A DNA stretch of 64,000 nt from an uncultured virus (IMG/VR IMGVR_UViG_3300025902_000018) (taxonomy: Duplodnaviria; Heunggongvirae; Uroviricota; Caudoviricetes), in IMG/VR virus record IMGVR_UViG_3300025902_000018; one strand, given 5' to 3'. Positions within the stretch are counted from its first letter, which is position 1, and the number at the start of each line of letters is the position of its first letter. The position numbers were made by a program, and so were the translations under genes. Below, piece after piece: positions 19,362-29,989 of this stretch. The notes beneath the pieces were generated by a model. The model searched no databases. It saw nothing but the letters and a program-made list of their open reading frames with translations, and was not told the DNA's origin.

Positions 19362-21341
19362 GTGACCGAACTGTATACCCAGCACTTGGTTAACTTGATG
19401 GCCAAAGAAAATCTACAGATGAAGATATCCTCTTCTGTAGATGTTGCTGCTATTGACCTTTCCTCCAGAACTATTCTGGTAAACTCCTTTTTGAATGCGT
19501 TCTCTTCAAATGTTTTAGCGTTTGAACGGATGTTGTGCCATGAAGTCGGACATGCCTTGTTTACCCAAAAAACTGATTGGGAATACATCACTAAGAAGTT
19601 TGACAAACAGTTGGCCAATGTTTTTGAAGACATCCGGATTGAGAACCTGTTAAAATTAAAGTTCCCAGGTCTCAGAAAGTTGTTCAGCACAGGATTTTAC
19701 GAACTTGATAAAATCATGGGAGAGAAGTTTAATCTTTCTGCTACTAAATCCTTAACTGCTGAATCCCACCTCATTGATAAAATAAATGTCTACTTTAAGA
19801 GTAACTACCTACACCCCATAAACTTTTCAGAAAAGGAAATGGCCTTTATTCAGAAACTTAAGGAGTTTACTGAATTTTCTCAGTCTGAACAACTTATAAA
19901 GGAATTTATCACCCTTTGTCTGGGTGAGAAGAAGGAGGAGAAGGGGAAAGAGGGTACGACTAAATCTTCTGAACCAGGTGAGTCAAACGATCAAGGTGAC
20001 TCTGAAACTGAAGGTGACCAGCAAATTAGTGAAAATAAAAATACTGAATTGTCTGAGTTCGATGCAAACGATCTAAATGAGTTTAATGTAGAACTCGCAA
20101 AGACTACTATCTATAAAGATGGCATTCTTGAAGACATGTATAAGAAGAATCAGGACAGAACACCAAACCGTGGGACTAATACACTTGAAGAGTTAGATCA
20201 AACTACCCCTAACATAATTACTAATGATCAGTTTAAGAGTTTTGTAAAAGAGAGGATGCCAAAGACGTTTGACTGGGTTGATGAAATTTATAAGGATAAT
20301 GATTCAACAACTCGTTCTGCCGATCTCCTGTACACTGAGTTCGAACGACAAAAAAATGCAAAGAATTTTAGGGATCAACATCAGGTAAAGACTGGGGAAC
20401 TCAATCTCAATAAACTTTCTCAGTTTAAAACGTCATCCAGACTCTTTAAACACGCGGTTATTAAGCCTAATCAGAAAAATCATGAAGTTATCGTTCTGTT
20501 AGACTGGTCATCGTCTATTAGAGCTAATCTAGTTGATTTGATTAAAGAGAGTATAGTGATTGTTAAGTTTTGTAAAAAGGCTAACATTCCTTGTAGTGTG
20601 TATGCCTTTATGGATAACAACTCTATTAGGTTTGTCTCTAAGGCTGTAACTGGAGTTGAAACGACACAAAGCTCGTTTCTAGTTGAGGTATTATCAACAG
20701 TGTCTTCCTCTCTCCTCGACGACTGTAAGGAGTTGTTGTTTCTGGGGACAGCAGTAAGCTTTAAATTTTACCGTACTGAGGTACATCGTGAGTTATACAA
20801 TCTATGCCTTGGGAGAACCCCCTTACATTATGCGTTGTTCAACCTACCTAGTATGTTAAAGCATAAAGTAGCTAATAACAAACGAATCTGTTTAACCGTT
20901 ATTTCAGATGGACGTTCAGACAGACTCAGATTGACAAAGAAGGGGGATTCCAGTACAATCACTTCTGGAACTACTGTGATTGACCCGCTAACTAAGTCTA
21001 TTATCAACCTTAATGACAGAAATGAATTCTTGTTCTCTAGATTGAAAAAGGCCTTTCCTACGTTGTCAATTTTAACTATTCATATTGCCGACACACTTAA
21101 TAACTGTATCTCAAACAATGGATTTTTACCAGACAACAACAAAGTTTATCAGGACTGCTACGATAAGATTAAAAGGAACAACACCTTTTTTGGTACCCTT
21201 GATCACTTTGATCATCTTATCATTAAGACTGAAGGGGATAAAACAAAGAGGATTAAGAATCCACTGAAACAAGTTCTGGCCCAGGACAACCACACTATGT
21301 CTAAATACATCTACAAACAGATTGCATCATCCTTTTCGTAA
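19362..21341 (+). CDS. CobT-like metallopeptidase/vWA protein
   Basis: HEVGHAL, NVFEDIRIE, acidic linker, LLDWSSS (MIDAS), RTPL, ISDG. Confidence 0.8.
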   Translation: MTELYTQHLVNLMAKENLQMKISSSVDVAAIDLSSRTILVNSFLNAFSSNVLAFERMLCHEVGHALFTQKTDWEYITKKFDKQLANVFEDIRIENLLKLKFPGLRKLFSTGFYELDKIMGEKFNLSATKSLTAESHLIDKINVYFKSNYLHPINFSEKEMAFIQKLKEFTEFSQSEQLIKEFITLCLGEKKEEKGKEGTTKSSEPGESNDQGDSETEGDQQISENKNTELSEFDANDLNEFNVELAKTTIYKDGILEDMYKKNQDRTPNRGTNTLEELDQTTPNIITNDQFKSFVKERMPKTFDWVDEIYKDNDSTTRSADLLYTEFERQKNAKNFRDQHQVKTGELNLNKLSQFKTSSRLFKHAVIKPNQKNHEVIVLLDWSSSIRANLVDLIKESIVIVKFCKKANIPCSVYAFMDNNSIRFVSKAVTGVETTQSSFLVEVLSTVSSSLLDDCKELLFLGTAVSFKFYRTEVHRELYNLCLGRTPLHYALFNLPSMLKHKVANNKRICLTVISDGRSDRLRLTKKGDSSTITSGTTVIDPLTKSIINLNDRNEFLFSRLKKAFPTLSILTIHIADTLNNCISNNGFLPDNNKVYQDCYDKIKRNNTFFGTLDHFDHLIIKTEGDKTKRIKNPLKQVLAQDNHTMSKYIYKQIASSFS

Positions 21342-21372
21342 ATTACCACCCAAACAACTAAGAGGTGTCAAA

Positions 21373-22071
21373 ATGAAATTATCTCCAGTAACAGTAAAGG
21401 TACTGTCTAACTTCTCTCAGATCAACCCTGGAATGATCTTTACCAACTCAAATGTTCAGAATACGATTACGCCCTTAAACACGTTAGTTGCCCAGGCAAC
21501 CTTGTCAGAAACGTTTCCCCGTCGGTTTGCTCTTTATGATCTTGATGGGTTTCTGAAATATTATCGCCTAATCTCAGATGCCGAACTTGAATTTAACGAT
21601 AACCACCTGCGGATCTTTAACGACTCAAAGGAATTTAAGTTCTTCTATTCGGATGAGGTTGTCATCGTAGCCCCTAAGAAAGAGCCTTATGACCACCCCG
21701 AAGAGAACTTACGGTTCTCAGTTTCCAATGATATTCTAGGTTCTCTTCAAACAGCCTATTCATATTCAAGGAATTTGAAACATCTTAAACTCTGGGATAA
21801 TGCAGGTAACTTATGCCTTTCCTTAATCAATAACGATAAGGATGCACGGGATAAGGCTAACAATGAGTTTAATGTAACCATTAGGCCACTTGAAGATGAG
21901 GATCTAAAGAATTTTACCTTTGTAGTTCCCATGGAGAATCTTCAAATTCTAGATGGTGATTACGAGTTTGTTATTTCTATGATTACCCGAAATAAGAATA
22001 ATGTAGTGGTTCTTAGATTGGAGAATAAGACATACTCCGTTAAGTATTGGACGTCTATGGAATCGTTGTAA
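21373..22071 (+). CDS. gp45: Sliding clamp (T4 gp45-like)
   Basis: MKLSPVTVKVLSNFSQINPGM, FALYDLDGFL, MENLQILDGDY, YWTSME. Confidence 0.88.
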   Translation: MKLSPVTVKVLSNFSQINPGMIFTNSNVQNTITPLNTLVAQATLSETFPRRFALYDLDGFLKYYRLISDAELEFNDNHLRIFNDSKEFKFFYSDEVVIVAPKKEPYDHPEENLRFSVSNDILGSLQTAYSYSRNLKHLKLWDNAGNLCLSLINNDKDARDKANNEFNVTIRPLEDEDLKNFTFVVPMENLQILDGDYEFVISMITRNKNNVVVLRLENKTYSVKYWTSMESL

Positions 22072-22141
22072 TGATTCCCTTTTCTCCGATTATAATTGAG
22101 GAGATCCCCTTATCGAATTCTGTGCTAAAAGCCGTGACTAA

Positions 22142-22393
22142 AGTATAGTTGACAAATTTAAATCACTATAGATAACCGTGTAGAACCCGTAAGAACTCTA
22201 CACTCTTAGTCCTCTTAGAAAACCAATAAGAGGGTTAGTTTTGAAGGTTTTTTAGAAACCTCCTTCGGCAGAGGTTGTCGAATACAGACGTGGAGAGGCT
22301 AAAAGTCTTTATCTCCAAATGGGTTATAAAGCAACTTTGATGAAACGTCTAGAAGAACTGTAAGGTGTAGACTTTACAGTTCTTCGATACTAT
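22142..22393 (+). mobile_element. Internally deleted tnpB element: left end fused to reRNA scaffold (copy 2)
   Basis: 5' part matches the left end at 16530; 3' part matches tnpB 3' end 59700-59821 and ends in TACTAT. Confidence 0.75.
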
Positions 22394-23139
22394 GGACATT
22401 TTTAGGAAAGGAATCAGATGAAAACTTAACTCTTGATGCACAACAGGTTAAAATGCAGTTGAATAAGGATTGGGAAGAACTTTCAAACGTTTAGGGAAAA
22501 ATCATGAAGATGCTAACCGCAACTTTAACAAGTGGATTGCCTATTTCTATTGCCTTAGAAGGTAAGGCAATATCAGTAGTGGCAGAGATTTTTGAGGAAT
22601 CAGACAAAATCAGATCCTTTAAGATCCACTCGGACAACTATTCTTATCATCATCCACATGAGTTTGGATTGGAGAACTTAACCAAGTGTCATGGACCCAA
22701 AGAAAAAATTAAATTCTGGCATAAAGACTGTGCCTGACCGTAGGTGTTTTGAATGTGGGGTTGAGATCAAGGAGTGTATGGGGTTTGTCTTTGCCGGGGA
22801 ATTTCTCCAAATGTTACAGGATCAATCAATAGGAAGACCATTTAAAGTTCCTAAGGAACTATGTGGAAAATGTGGGGCAAAGAAACTTGTTCTAAACTGA
22901 ACGAATCTTTTTCAACAACCATGAAGAGGGTTAGCTGATGTTTCTAGTCAATGGGTTTGTCATCATGTCATCTCCTTCTGGAATCACTGCGTTGAAGGGG
23001 GAGGTTACCTTACATTTCACTTCCTTAGAGAAAGCGCTGAGAATTTTAATCTCCCGCTAGTTCACCAGCCAATCACCTAGAAGTGACCAAACCTGTCACT
23101 TCTAGGTGATTTTATTTTTGGATATTGGTTAAAGTGTGC

Positions 23140-23168
23140 TTGACTTTCCCCCCGAAACCCACTATACT
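23140..23168 (+). promoter_or_regulatory. Sigma70 early promoter
   Basis: TTGACT-17-TATACT. Confidence 0.75.
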
Positions 23169-23215
23169 TGTTCCACGTTGAAGGTAACCCAACTCTCCTA
23201 GACCTGGAAACTACA

Positions 23216-24460
23216 ATGAACCAACACGAATTTAAGACGTTCTCCAATTTCCTGAAAGGCCTTGAAACTAAGTACGGCCCGGAGATGTACCAAAAAACAT
23301 TCTCCAATTCTGGGATAAAGGAATTGTTGTATGGGGTTGGTACTCCTTCGTCCTACATCAAGCCTATTATGACTTATTGCCGAGTTTCTAGGGGAAAATA
23401 CGATCTTAAACTTCTCTTGAAGTTGTTGACAGAAGTAAACAACACTACTACTCTTCCTATTTCCCCAGTAGTTTCTGAAAAGCCCCAAGAAAAACCTAAG
23501 AGTGAAAGTCCAACAGTGGAGAGTCCTACCGTTGTAGAATTTGTTTACAACCGCCAAGTAGAATACAACAAAACTACCTACATTCCTCGTAAAGATGTAG
23601 ACTTTGTCCCCTTCGGTTTCCATACTGCCTTAAAGACTATTATTGACTCTAAGAAGTTCTTCCCTTGTTATATTACCGGGCCTTCTGGACTGGGTAAGAA
23701 TATGACAGTTAGTCAGGTATGTCATACTTTGTCTAGACCAATGGTCCTGGTGTCTATTACCGAAGAGACTTCAGATGATGATCTGATTGGTTGTTGGACA
23801 CTCCAGAATGGCAATACTATTTGGAAAGAAGGCCCAGTAGTGTTTGCTGCCCGTCATGGGATGGTTGTAGTACTTGATGAAATTGACTTAGCTACTCCTA
23901 AGATCATGTGCCTCCAGTCAATTCTAAATGGTGACCCCATCTATATTGAACCTACTGGAGAACTCCTTGCTCCTAAAGAAGGATTTAACATCATTGCCAC
24001 TGGCAACACTAAGGGCTTTGGTGAATCCTCAATCCATATTGGTACCCAGGCTCTTAATGAAGCATTCTTGGAACGTTTCAAGATTATGTTTGAACATGAC
24101 TTTCCAAGTGCTGCGGTATTGAAGAAAATCGTAAATAAGAAAATGGATCATTTGGGAATGAATGAAGATAAGGATAAGGCATTCGCTGATAATCTTGTCA
24201 AATTTGTAGATTACGTTTCCTCTGCCTACAAATCAGAGTCTATTGATTATTTTATCTCTAACCGTAGGTTATCTGCCATTATAGAGACCTACAGTATCTT
24301 TAAAGATGTGGTACAGTCATTGACTCTGGGGTTGTCCCGGTTCCCGAATCCTATAGTTCAGACATTCCTTTCCCTCTACACTAAGATTGATTCTTCAATA
24401 AACCTCACTCCAGATGAAATCTTCACACAAATGAAGAAAGAACTGGAAGATTTGAATTAG
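23216..24460 (+). CDS. CobS/MoxR-like AAA+ ATPase
   Basis: GPSGLGKN, VLDEID, IATGNTKG, NEAFLERF. Confidence 0.88.
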   Translation: MNQHEFKTFSNFLKGLETKYGPEMYQKTFSNSGIKELLYGVGTPSSYIKPIMTYCRVSRGKYDLKLLLKLLTEVNNTTTLPISPVVSEKPQEKPKSESPTVESPTVVEFVYNRQVEYNKTTYIPRKDVDFVPFGFHTALKTIIDSKKFFPCYITGPSGLGKNMTVSQVCHTLSRPMVLVSITEETSDDDLIGCWTLQNGNTIWKEGPVVFAARHGMVVVLDEIDLATPKIMCLQSILNGDPIYIEPTGELLAPKEGFNIIATGNTKGFGESSIHIGTQALNEAFLERFKIMFEHDFPSAAVLKKIVNKKMDHLGMNEDKDKAFADNLVKFVDYVSSAYKSESIDYFISNRRLSAIIETYSIFKDVVQSLTLGLSRFPNPIVQTFLSLYTKIDSSINLTPDEIFTQMKKELEDLN

Positions 24461-24464
24461 AAAC

Positions 24465-24489
24465 CTGGGGAGGAAACTCCCCCTTTTTA
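24465..24489 (+). terminator. Intrinsic terminator
   Basis: ggggag-gaaa-ctcccc-ctttt. Confidence 0.7.
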
Positions 24490-24499
24490 GGAGAATGCC

Positions 24500-24694
24500 A
24501 TGTTGTCAAAAGTTAAAGAGCTGTTTAATTCCTGGATTGAGTCTTTTTCAGGTGAAGTTGAGCCTCCCCCATTCTGGGATGCTTATGAGGTTCCTTCTCA
24601 GTTTCAATGGAAACGCCTCGCCAAAGACGCTAAGATCCCAATTAGGGCAACTGAAGGGGCTGCTGGATTTGGCTCGACAGGGATCGATAAATAA
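24500..24694 (+). pseudogene. dut: Internally deleted dUTPase
   Basis: WKRLAKDAKIPIRATEGAAG (dUTPase N-terminus/start of motif 1) joined directly to FGSTG (motif 5). Confidence 0.7.
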
Positions 24695-24718
24695 AGAAAA
24701 ACTATCGAGAAGGCTAAA

Positions 24719-25129
24719 ATGAAAACATTCTCAGATTTAGTCATCAATGAAAAGCTGGATAAATCTAGTGAAAAGGCAGATTATTCCGCCAGAAATGACG
24801 CGATTAAACTTACCGATTTAGTTACAAATTACATCGCAAATTGGAATACAAAACACCCAGACCAAACTTTTTCTGATACGGAAATTGAACCAATTATCAA
24901 CTACCTAAGTTCTAGGGCATCATTTTCTTTGAGGTATATGGATGATAATCTTCAGCCTAAGGGGAAATATATATTTGTTAGTTTTTTCAAAAATCTTATT
25001 GCTCTTGTAAAAGAGAAGATTACGGAAGCGGGTTATGGTAAAACCGGAACTAAAGACACCACCCTCACTCGGGCAGAAAGAGTTGATAATTTCTTAAAGC
25101 AGAAGCACATCGGACTAATCAAACGTTAA
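24719..25129 (+). CDS. Hypothetical, capsid-targeting-like N-terminus
   Basis: MKTFSDLVINE; GATAAATA upstream. Confidence 0.6.
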   Translation: MKTFSDLVINEKLDKSSEKADYSARNDAIKLTDLVTNYIANWNTKHPDQTFSDTEIEPIINYLSSRASFSLRYMDDNLQPKGKYIFVSFFKNLIALVKEKITEAGYGKTGTKDTTLTRAERVDNFLKQKHIGLIKR

Positions 25130-25142
25130 TTGGAGATAGGTC

Positions 25143-25760
25143 ATGCAGAAGTCACGTGAAGAAATGTTGAACGAGGCTGAACTTCGGGCTAAAGAAGCCA
25201 GTACCCTTCTTCAGGAGTTTGTGACCTGGAAAACTAAGGTAATTGCATTTGCGAAGGACGGACTCTTCTACCAGTGTGACACCAAAGCTAAGAAAAATAA
25301 GGCCACAACTCCAGAAAAACTCATCACTTTTTTGAACACTACCATCAGTGAACCGAAAAATCTTAATTACCGTTTTAAGCTTCAAGATGAGTTTACTGCC
25401 CACAAAGAGGCAGAGAAGAAAGCCAAAGAATATTTTGAACGTGAGAAGGTTGAGGAACTAAAACTCACTGAAGAGGCTTTGATGTTCCTTCAGGAACATG
25501 GAAAAGTCATTGGAATTGACTTTACCCTAATCAATGCGGTGAACATTGCAAATAATTTAGCTGCCGAGTTAGAAGTTAACCGCCGCATAGAAGAACGGTG
25601 CGGATATTTCGACTTTGATGGAACTGACACCTGCGATGAATCCTGTACCGGGTGGGATGGAGAAAGTCACCGGTGCTCTTGTGGAAACCGCCGGGTTTCA
25701 TGGGAAGCAGATGACTATCACTCATTCAAGACCCCGTCAATTCATGCGGTTTCCTATTGA
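25143..25760 (+). CDS. Hypothetical protein with Cys-rich C-terminus
   Basis: CDESCTGWDGESHRCSCGNRRV. Confidence 0.65.
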   Translation: MQKSREEMLNEAELRAKEASTLLQEFVTWKTKVIAFAKDGLFYQCDTKAKKNKATTPEKLITFLNTTISEPKNLNYRFKLQDEFTAHKEAEKKAKEYFEREKVEELKLTEEALMFLQEHGKVIGIDFTLINAVNIANNLAAELEVNRRIEERCGYFDFDGTDTCDESCTGWDGESHRCSCGNRRVSWEADDYHSFKTPSIHAVSY

Positions 25761-25975
25761 CTACCCAAGGAAGAACAATGCCAACACCCTTTCTAAAAAA
25801 AGTTGCAAAGGACCATAATATTTCTATAAGTGCCGTAGAGGGAATTTGGGCTAAGGCAAAAAAGATAACTAAGAAGTTTATCAGAGTCAGTTCCCCTATG
25901 TTCTGGGGAACTGTGACCAACATCTTTAAAGCTCATTTGCACGCCAAACTGAAAAAGACCAAAAAAGACTGACCC

Positions 25976-26647
25976 ATGTTGAATGTCAATGAACGTCTTG
26001 GCCATGACCAATTGTCTACTCAGGTTAAACAGTACCTTCTCAGTAAGTTTCCTAATTGTAAAGGTATAGTTGTTGAACCTGCATTCTTTTTTGACCAGGA
26101 CTTTTTCACTCACCTGGTCCTCTTGCACAGTAACCTTTCTTTTAATGGAGTCGAACGGGTTCTTAACTCAGGTGAGTTTGGTGAACTATTCGATTCGGTA
26201 TTTTCTGGACCAGTAAAGTTAGTCTTAATTGAATCTGAAATGAAGGATCTCTTTATGGGTTATTCCTTCTACTCCTTTAATGCCGGATTTCTGATCAATG
26301 AACTATTAACCCCTTTGGAGTTTAGTTTGACTCCCAAGGGATTGATTAGTGGAGATCAGGTAATTACCAATTCTTGGTTAAAGGTTTGTGATAGTTTAGA
26401 TTTAAGCTCAAAGACTTGGGAACGTGGCTTTAAAGATCCACCTGAGTTGTTTGCCTTCCTAGGTACGTCTAACTTCTTAGTCCACAAAGAAGCTACATTT
26501 CAGAATAGACTAACTTGGAGCAATGAACTTGATAGGTCGTTATGGAGTGCTTACCAGGACTGGTTAGAAGGTAGACCTAGAAAAGAGGTGTCTCCACTTG
26601 AGGTTAGCACCAAACTTCAAGAAAGAATTAGAACTGTCTTTTCCTAA
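25976..26647 (+). CDS. Hypothetical protein
   Basis: 223-aa ORF. Confidence 0.55.
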   Translation: MLNVNERLGHDQLSTQVKQYLLSKFPNCKGIVVEPAFFFDQDFFTHLVLLHSNLSFNGVERVLNSGEFGELFDSVFSGPVKLVLIESEMKDLFMGYSFYSFNAGFLINELLTPLEFSLTPKGLISGDQVITNSWLKVCDSLDLSSKTWERGFKDPPELFAFLGTSNFLVHKEATFQNRLTWSNELDRSLWSAYQDWLEGRPRKEVSPLEVSTKLQERIRTVFS

Positions 26648-26656
26648 GGGGTTTCA

Positions 26657-27262
26657 ATGACAGACAGACCGTTTCATCTAGAAAGGACTTCAGACACCCA
26701 GTTTCACAACTTACTGTCTATCATCTCCAGCAACTGGAATCTTTATGAAGTGGATTCCAAGTGTGATCTGTTAGTTGTTCACTCCTTGAAAGATCCCTTA
26801 CTGAATAGGGCGAGTGCAATGCTTTCTCTATCCTGGTTAGGACAGTTAAAGACGGTCTTGCCTATTGCAGTGGTTGCAGATGATCAAACTTCTCGTCTAT
26901 CCTTTGATTCGAATCAGATTAGGGATAGGTCATGGCTTCAAGAAAGAACTGATCCACTTCCATTAACCTTTACCAAATTTAATGGTTCCTTAGTGATCTC
27001 AGATTTCTACGGGGAGTGGATTGATCCCTTAGTAGCTGAAGATATTTTAGGGAAGTTCCTCTTTGAAGAGATTCAGGCTCTTTCTGAAAAAGCCTTTTCC
27101 AAGATGATTTCCTTAGTTCCTGAGTTAACTATGACACAATTTAACTTTGGGATTGGTCTGGATCACTCCTTGAAACTCATAGGGTGTCCTGGGCATCTAA
27201 TCAATTCATCCTACAGCAGATCCTTTGTACTTAACTTTTTAGATTTCTGGATGAGCCCATGA
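26657..27262 (+). CDS. Hypothetical protein
   Basis: 201-aa ORF. Confidence 0.55.
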   Translation: MTDRPFHLERTSDTQFHNLLSIISSNWNLYEVDSKCDLLVVHSLKDPLLNRASAMLSLSWLGQLKTVLPIAVVADDQTSRLSFDSNQIRDRSWLQERTDPLPLTFTKFNGSLVISDFYGEWIDPLVAEDILGKFLFEEIQALSEKAFSKMISLVPELTMTQFNFGIGLDHSLKLIGCPGHLINSSYSRSFVLNFLDFWMSP

Positions 27263-27502
27263 CCCAGTTGCTGTTCAGCATCCACCTCTACCAGGTAGTG
27301 AGACCTAAGGATTCAGTCCACCCAACACTTCTGCATCAATGTTCATTTGTCGCTAAACACGACAATTTGTTGGCTGTCAAAGAGGAAGCAGAGTTGTTCT
27401 GTTCAGAAACTACCCAGGTGAAAGTTACTGATTCCATTGGAAATGTGTACCACCTAGTACCTTCTCGGTAATCACTTGTTTTCCTTCCAAAAAAAATAAA
27501 TC

Positions 27503-27531
27503 TTGACTTTCCCTTGAGGAACCAGTAAACT
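27503..27531 (+). promoter_or_regulatory. Sigma70 early promoter
   Basis: TTGACT-17-TAAACT after an A-tract. Confidence 0.65.
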
Positions 27532-27764
27532 TGTTGGAACTTAACAGGGGATGCTGATGAAACCTAAAAATCTCTTCCAAGTGTTTGACAAAGAACTTAA
27601 TTCAGAACGGTTCTGTTTCACTGCTAAGACCTTAGAAGAAGCTAAAGAGAAGTTTAATGGATGGTTACGCCGGCATGGCTATCTCCCCATCAAGGATCTC
27701 TTTAGTTTGACTCAAGTTGTTTCCTCATTGAATAGCAACAACATTCACAACGAGTGGGTTTGAC

Positions 27765-28847
27765 ATGCACATTTCTGAATTAAAGTCTTTAAGAGCTGAT
27801 CCCATGATTCGGTTCAAAGAAGAAGTCTTGGATGGACAGTCCTTGACTATCGTCCACTACATGATTTCAAACTCCGAACTCTGGGATAATCCTGCTGCGC
27901 TTGAAGCTCGGGGTAATGTCTATGATGAAACTGGAGAGTGCGTTTGTGCGTGTTTCAGAAAGTTCTTTAATCTTAATGAGAGACCTGAAACTCGGTTAGA
28001 GTCCATCAAAGATAGGATTGTTCAGATTCAAGAAAAACGAGATGGATCACTCTTAGCCCCAGTACTGTCCTCCTTAGGACGAGTCGTTTTTAAAACGAAA
28101 AAGTCATTTTCTTCTGATGTAGCTCTCCTGGCTAATCAATGCGTTACTAAGGAAGTCTTAGAGCTTTCACGAATCTTCTTAGAGATGGGGTATACTCCCT
28201 TATTTGAATTTACTCACCCAGACTCTAAGGTTGTTTTAGACTATGGCCCAATTCCCCAGTTTACCCTCCTATCAGCGAGATCCTTTTCCTCAGGGGAAGA
28301 GATGACCTATTCAGAATTGTCTGGTATAGCTGAACAGTTCCTTAGTCCCAGCTTAACGGTTATCCCAGTTGTTCCTTACTCTTGGGTTGAAGTAAAGAGC
28401 CTACTAGAAACAGCAAAGGGGATTGAAGGGTTTGTTCTAATCTTGGATGATGGAACAAAGGTAAAGGTTAAGACCGAAGAGTATCTCCGGTTGCATCGGA
28501 TTCATACTGAGATTCGAGAACGGGATATAGCAGAAGCAGTAGTAGATGAAACTTTGGATGATATCATTGGAGTGATTACCCAATCCAATTTAGATAGATC
28601 ATTAGTGGATAAGATAGAGGCCAATGTCATTGACGAACTCTCCACGATTCAAGGTGAGGTAGAAACGTTGGTGTCTTCTGTCTCTGGACTATCCTTTAAG
28701 GAGATCGCTCTTTCTGTAAAGGACTCCAGCTACTTCCCACTGGTAATGGCTAAAGTTCGAGGCAAAGAGCCTAACGTTATTGAGTTCTGGAAAAAGAACT
28801 ATCTGAAGAACTACAGCCTTCGGTGTGTCTTCAACCCCTCTTTCTAG
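27765..28847 (+). CDS. rnlA: RNA ligase 1 (T4 RnlA family)
   Basis: LEARG, FRKFFNLNE, EKRDGSL, PLFEF, IEGFVL, KVKTEEY. Confidence 0.9.
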   Translation: MHISELKSLRADPMIRFKEEVLDGQSLTIVHYMISNSELWDNPAALEARGNVYDETGECVCACFRKFFNLNERPETRLESIKDRIVQIQEKRDGSLLAPVLSSLGRVVFKTKKSFSSDVALLANQCVTKEVLELSRIFLEMGYTPLFEFTHPDSKVVLDYGPIPQFTLLSARSFSSGEEMTYSELSGIAEQFLSPSLTVIPVVPYSWVEVKSLLETAKGIEGFVLILDDGTKVKVKTEEYLRLHRIHTEIRERDIAEAVVDETLDDIIGVITQSNLDRSLVDKIEANVIDELSTIQGEVETLVSSVSGLSFKEIALSVKDSSYFPLVMAKVRGKEPNVIEFWKKNYLKNYSLRCVFNPSF

Positions 28848-28857
28848 GTGTGCTACC

Positions 28858-29202
28858 ATGAGTTTGTCTTCTATCAAACAATTAAAGGCTATCCTGGACA
28901 ACTGGGCCGATCACGAATCTGAATGCCCAGATCCAGACGGTTTAGATTGGTTAGCTGCCTCTTTTGGTGAACACTACCCAAAGTGGAGAAGGCTCCCGTT
29001 CTTCTATACGAATTATGAAGGTGGAATTCGTGCTGAATGGGATATCAAGAACTTTGAGGTTTCCTTAGATGTAAATCTTGAAACTCACCAGGCCTACTAC
29101 CACTCGCTTGATCATGAAAGTGGCATTGATTATGATAGGATTCTGGATTTAAATGATGCCACAGATTGGAGGTGGTTAGTGAATGATCTAGATGGAATGT
29201 AA
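28858..29202 (+). CDS. Hypothetical protein
   Basis: ORF with EGGIRAEW. Confidence 0.6.
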   Translation: MSLSSIKQLKAILDNWADHESECPDPDGLDWLAASFGEHYPKWRRLPFFYTNYEGGIRAEWDIKNFEVSLDVNLETHQAYYHSLDHESGIDYDRILDLNDATDWRWLVNDLDGM

Positions 29203-29205
29203 AAA

Positions 29206-29880
29206 ATGAAGATAATCTCAAAGTTCACTGATTTCTATGATTCAGTAGGAAAGAAGTTTTCTGGCATACCAGGTCAACAGGTTTGGATTAGAGAAGATAC
29301 TGAAATCTCTGATGTTACTGTCAGGAATCAAATAGTTTCAGAGATAGGTTTGAATAGGAATCTAATTGGTTCTCAAAGAGTATGGTCTGATAGAATAGAA
29401 CTAACCATCGAGACCATCCTACTAGGAGTAGGGGGAAGGTGTGTTCCTTTAGTTAGAGTTCAACGACGGGATAATGTGAAGATTTTTGAAGATTTCTTCT
29501 ACTCCTTTAAGAGTTTCACTTCTGATGACTCTATCCACTTGTCTGGATGGAAGCTAGCTCAGATTTATGACTTGTTTAGCAAAATCAATCTTGATATTCC
29601 TATGTCTGTCTGGAATGAGATCCAGACACCTCTGTTCCTACTTAAGAGTGACTCTTATGCGTACATCCCACAAAAACTTCCCAGACTAATCCTAAATCCA
29701 TTATTAAAAGACTTTAAGTTTTTTAAGTTTAAAGATGCCTTTTCCACTTACCAAGAATTAGACCAGTTTCTTTCCAGGATTACCATCCCAGAGGAGAAAC
29801 ATCCACAAGTTTCTGATTCAGTACGGTTAGAGAAACATGGTTTTGACAAACGCTATGGCTTCCGTAAACGTAAGTTTTAG
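29206..29880 (+). CDS. Conserved hypothetical phage protein
   Basis: MKIISKFTDFYD...NPLLKDFKF...HGFDKRYGFRKRK. Confidence 0.7.
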   Translation: MKIISKFTDFYDSVGKKFSGIPGQQVWIREDTEISDVTVRNQIVSEIGLNRNLIGSQRVWSDRIELTIETILLGVGGRCVPLVRVQRRDNVKIFEDFFYSFKSFTSDDSIHLSGWKLAQIYDLFSKINLDIPMSVWNEIQTPLFLLKSDSYAYIPQKLPRLILNPLLKDFKFFKFKDAFSTYQELDQFLSRITIPEEKHPQVSDSVRLEKHGFDKRYGFRKRKF

Positions 29881-29928
29881 GTGACACCCTGACTGTCACA
29901 TTTTTATGAATTTATTTTGAACTGATCC

Positions 29929-29957
29929 TTGACTTCCCCCTTAGGTTCCACTATAAT
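29929..29957 (+). promoter_or_regulatory. Sigma70 early promoter
   Basis: TTGACT-17-TATAAT. Confidence 0.8.
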
Positions 29958-29989
29958 TCATTCATAGGATGAACAAAGGGGAACCAAAA

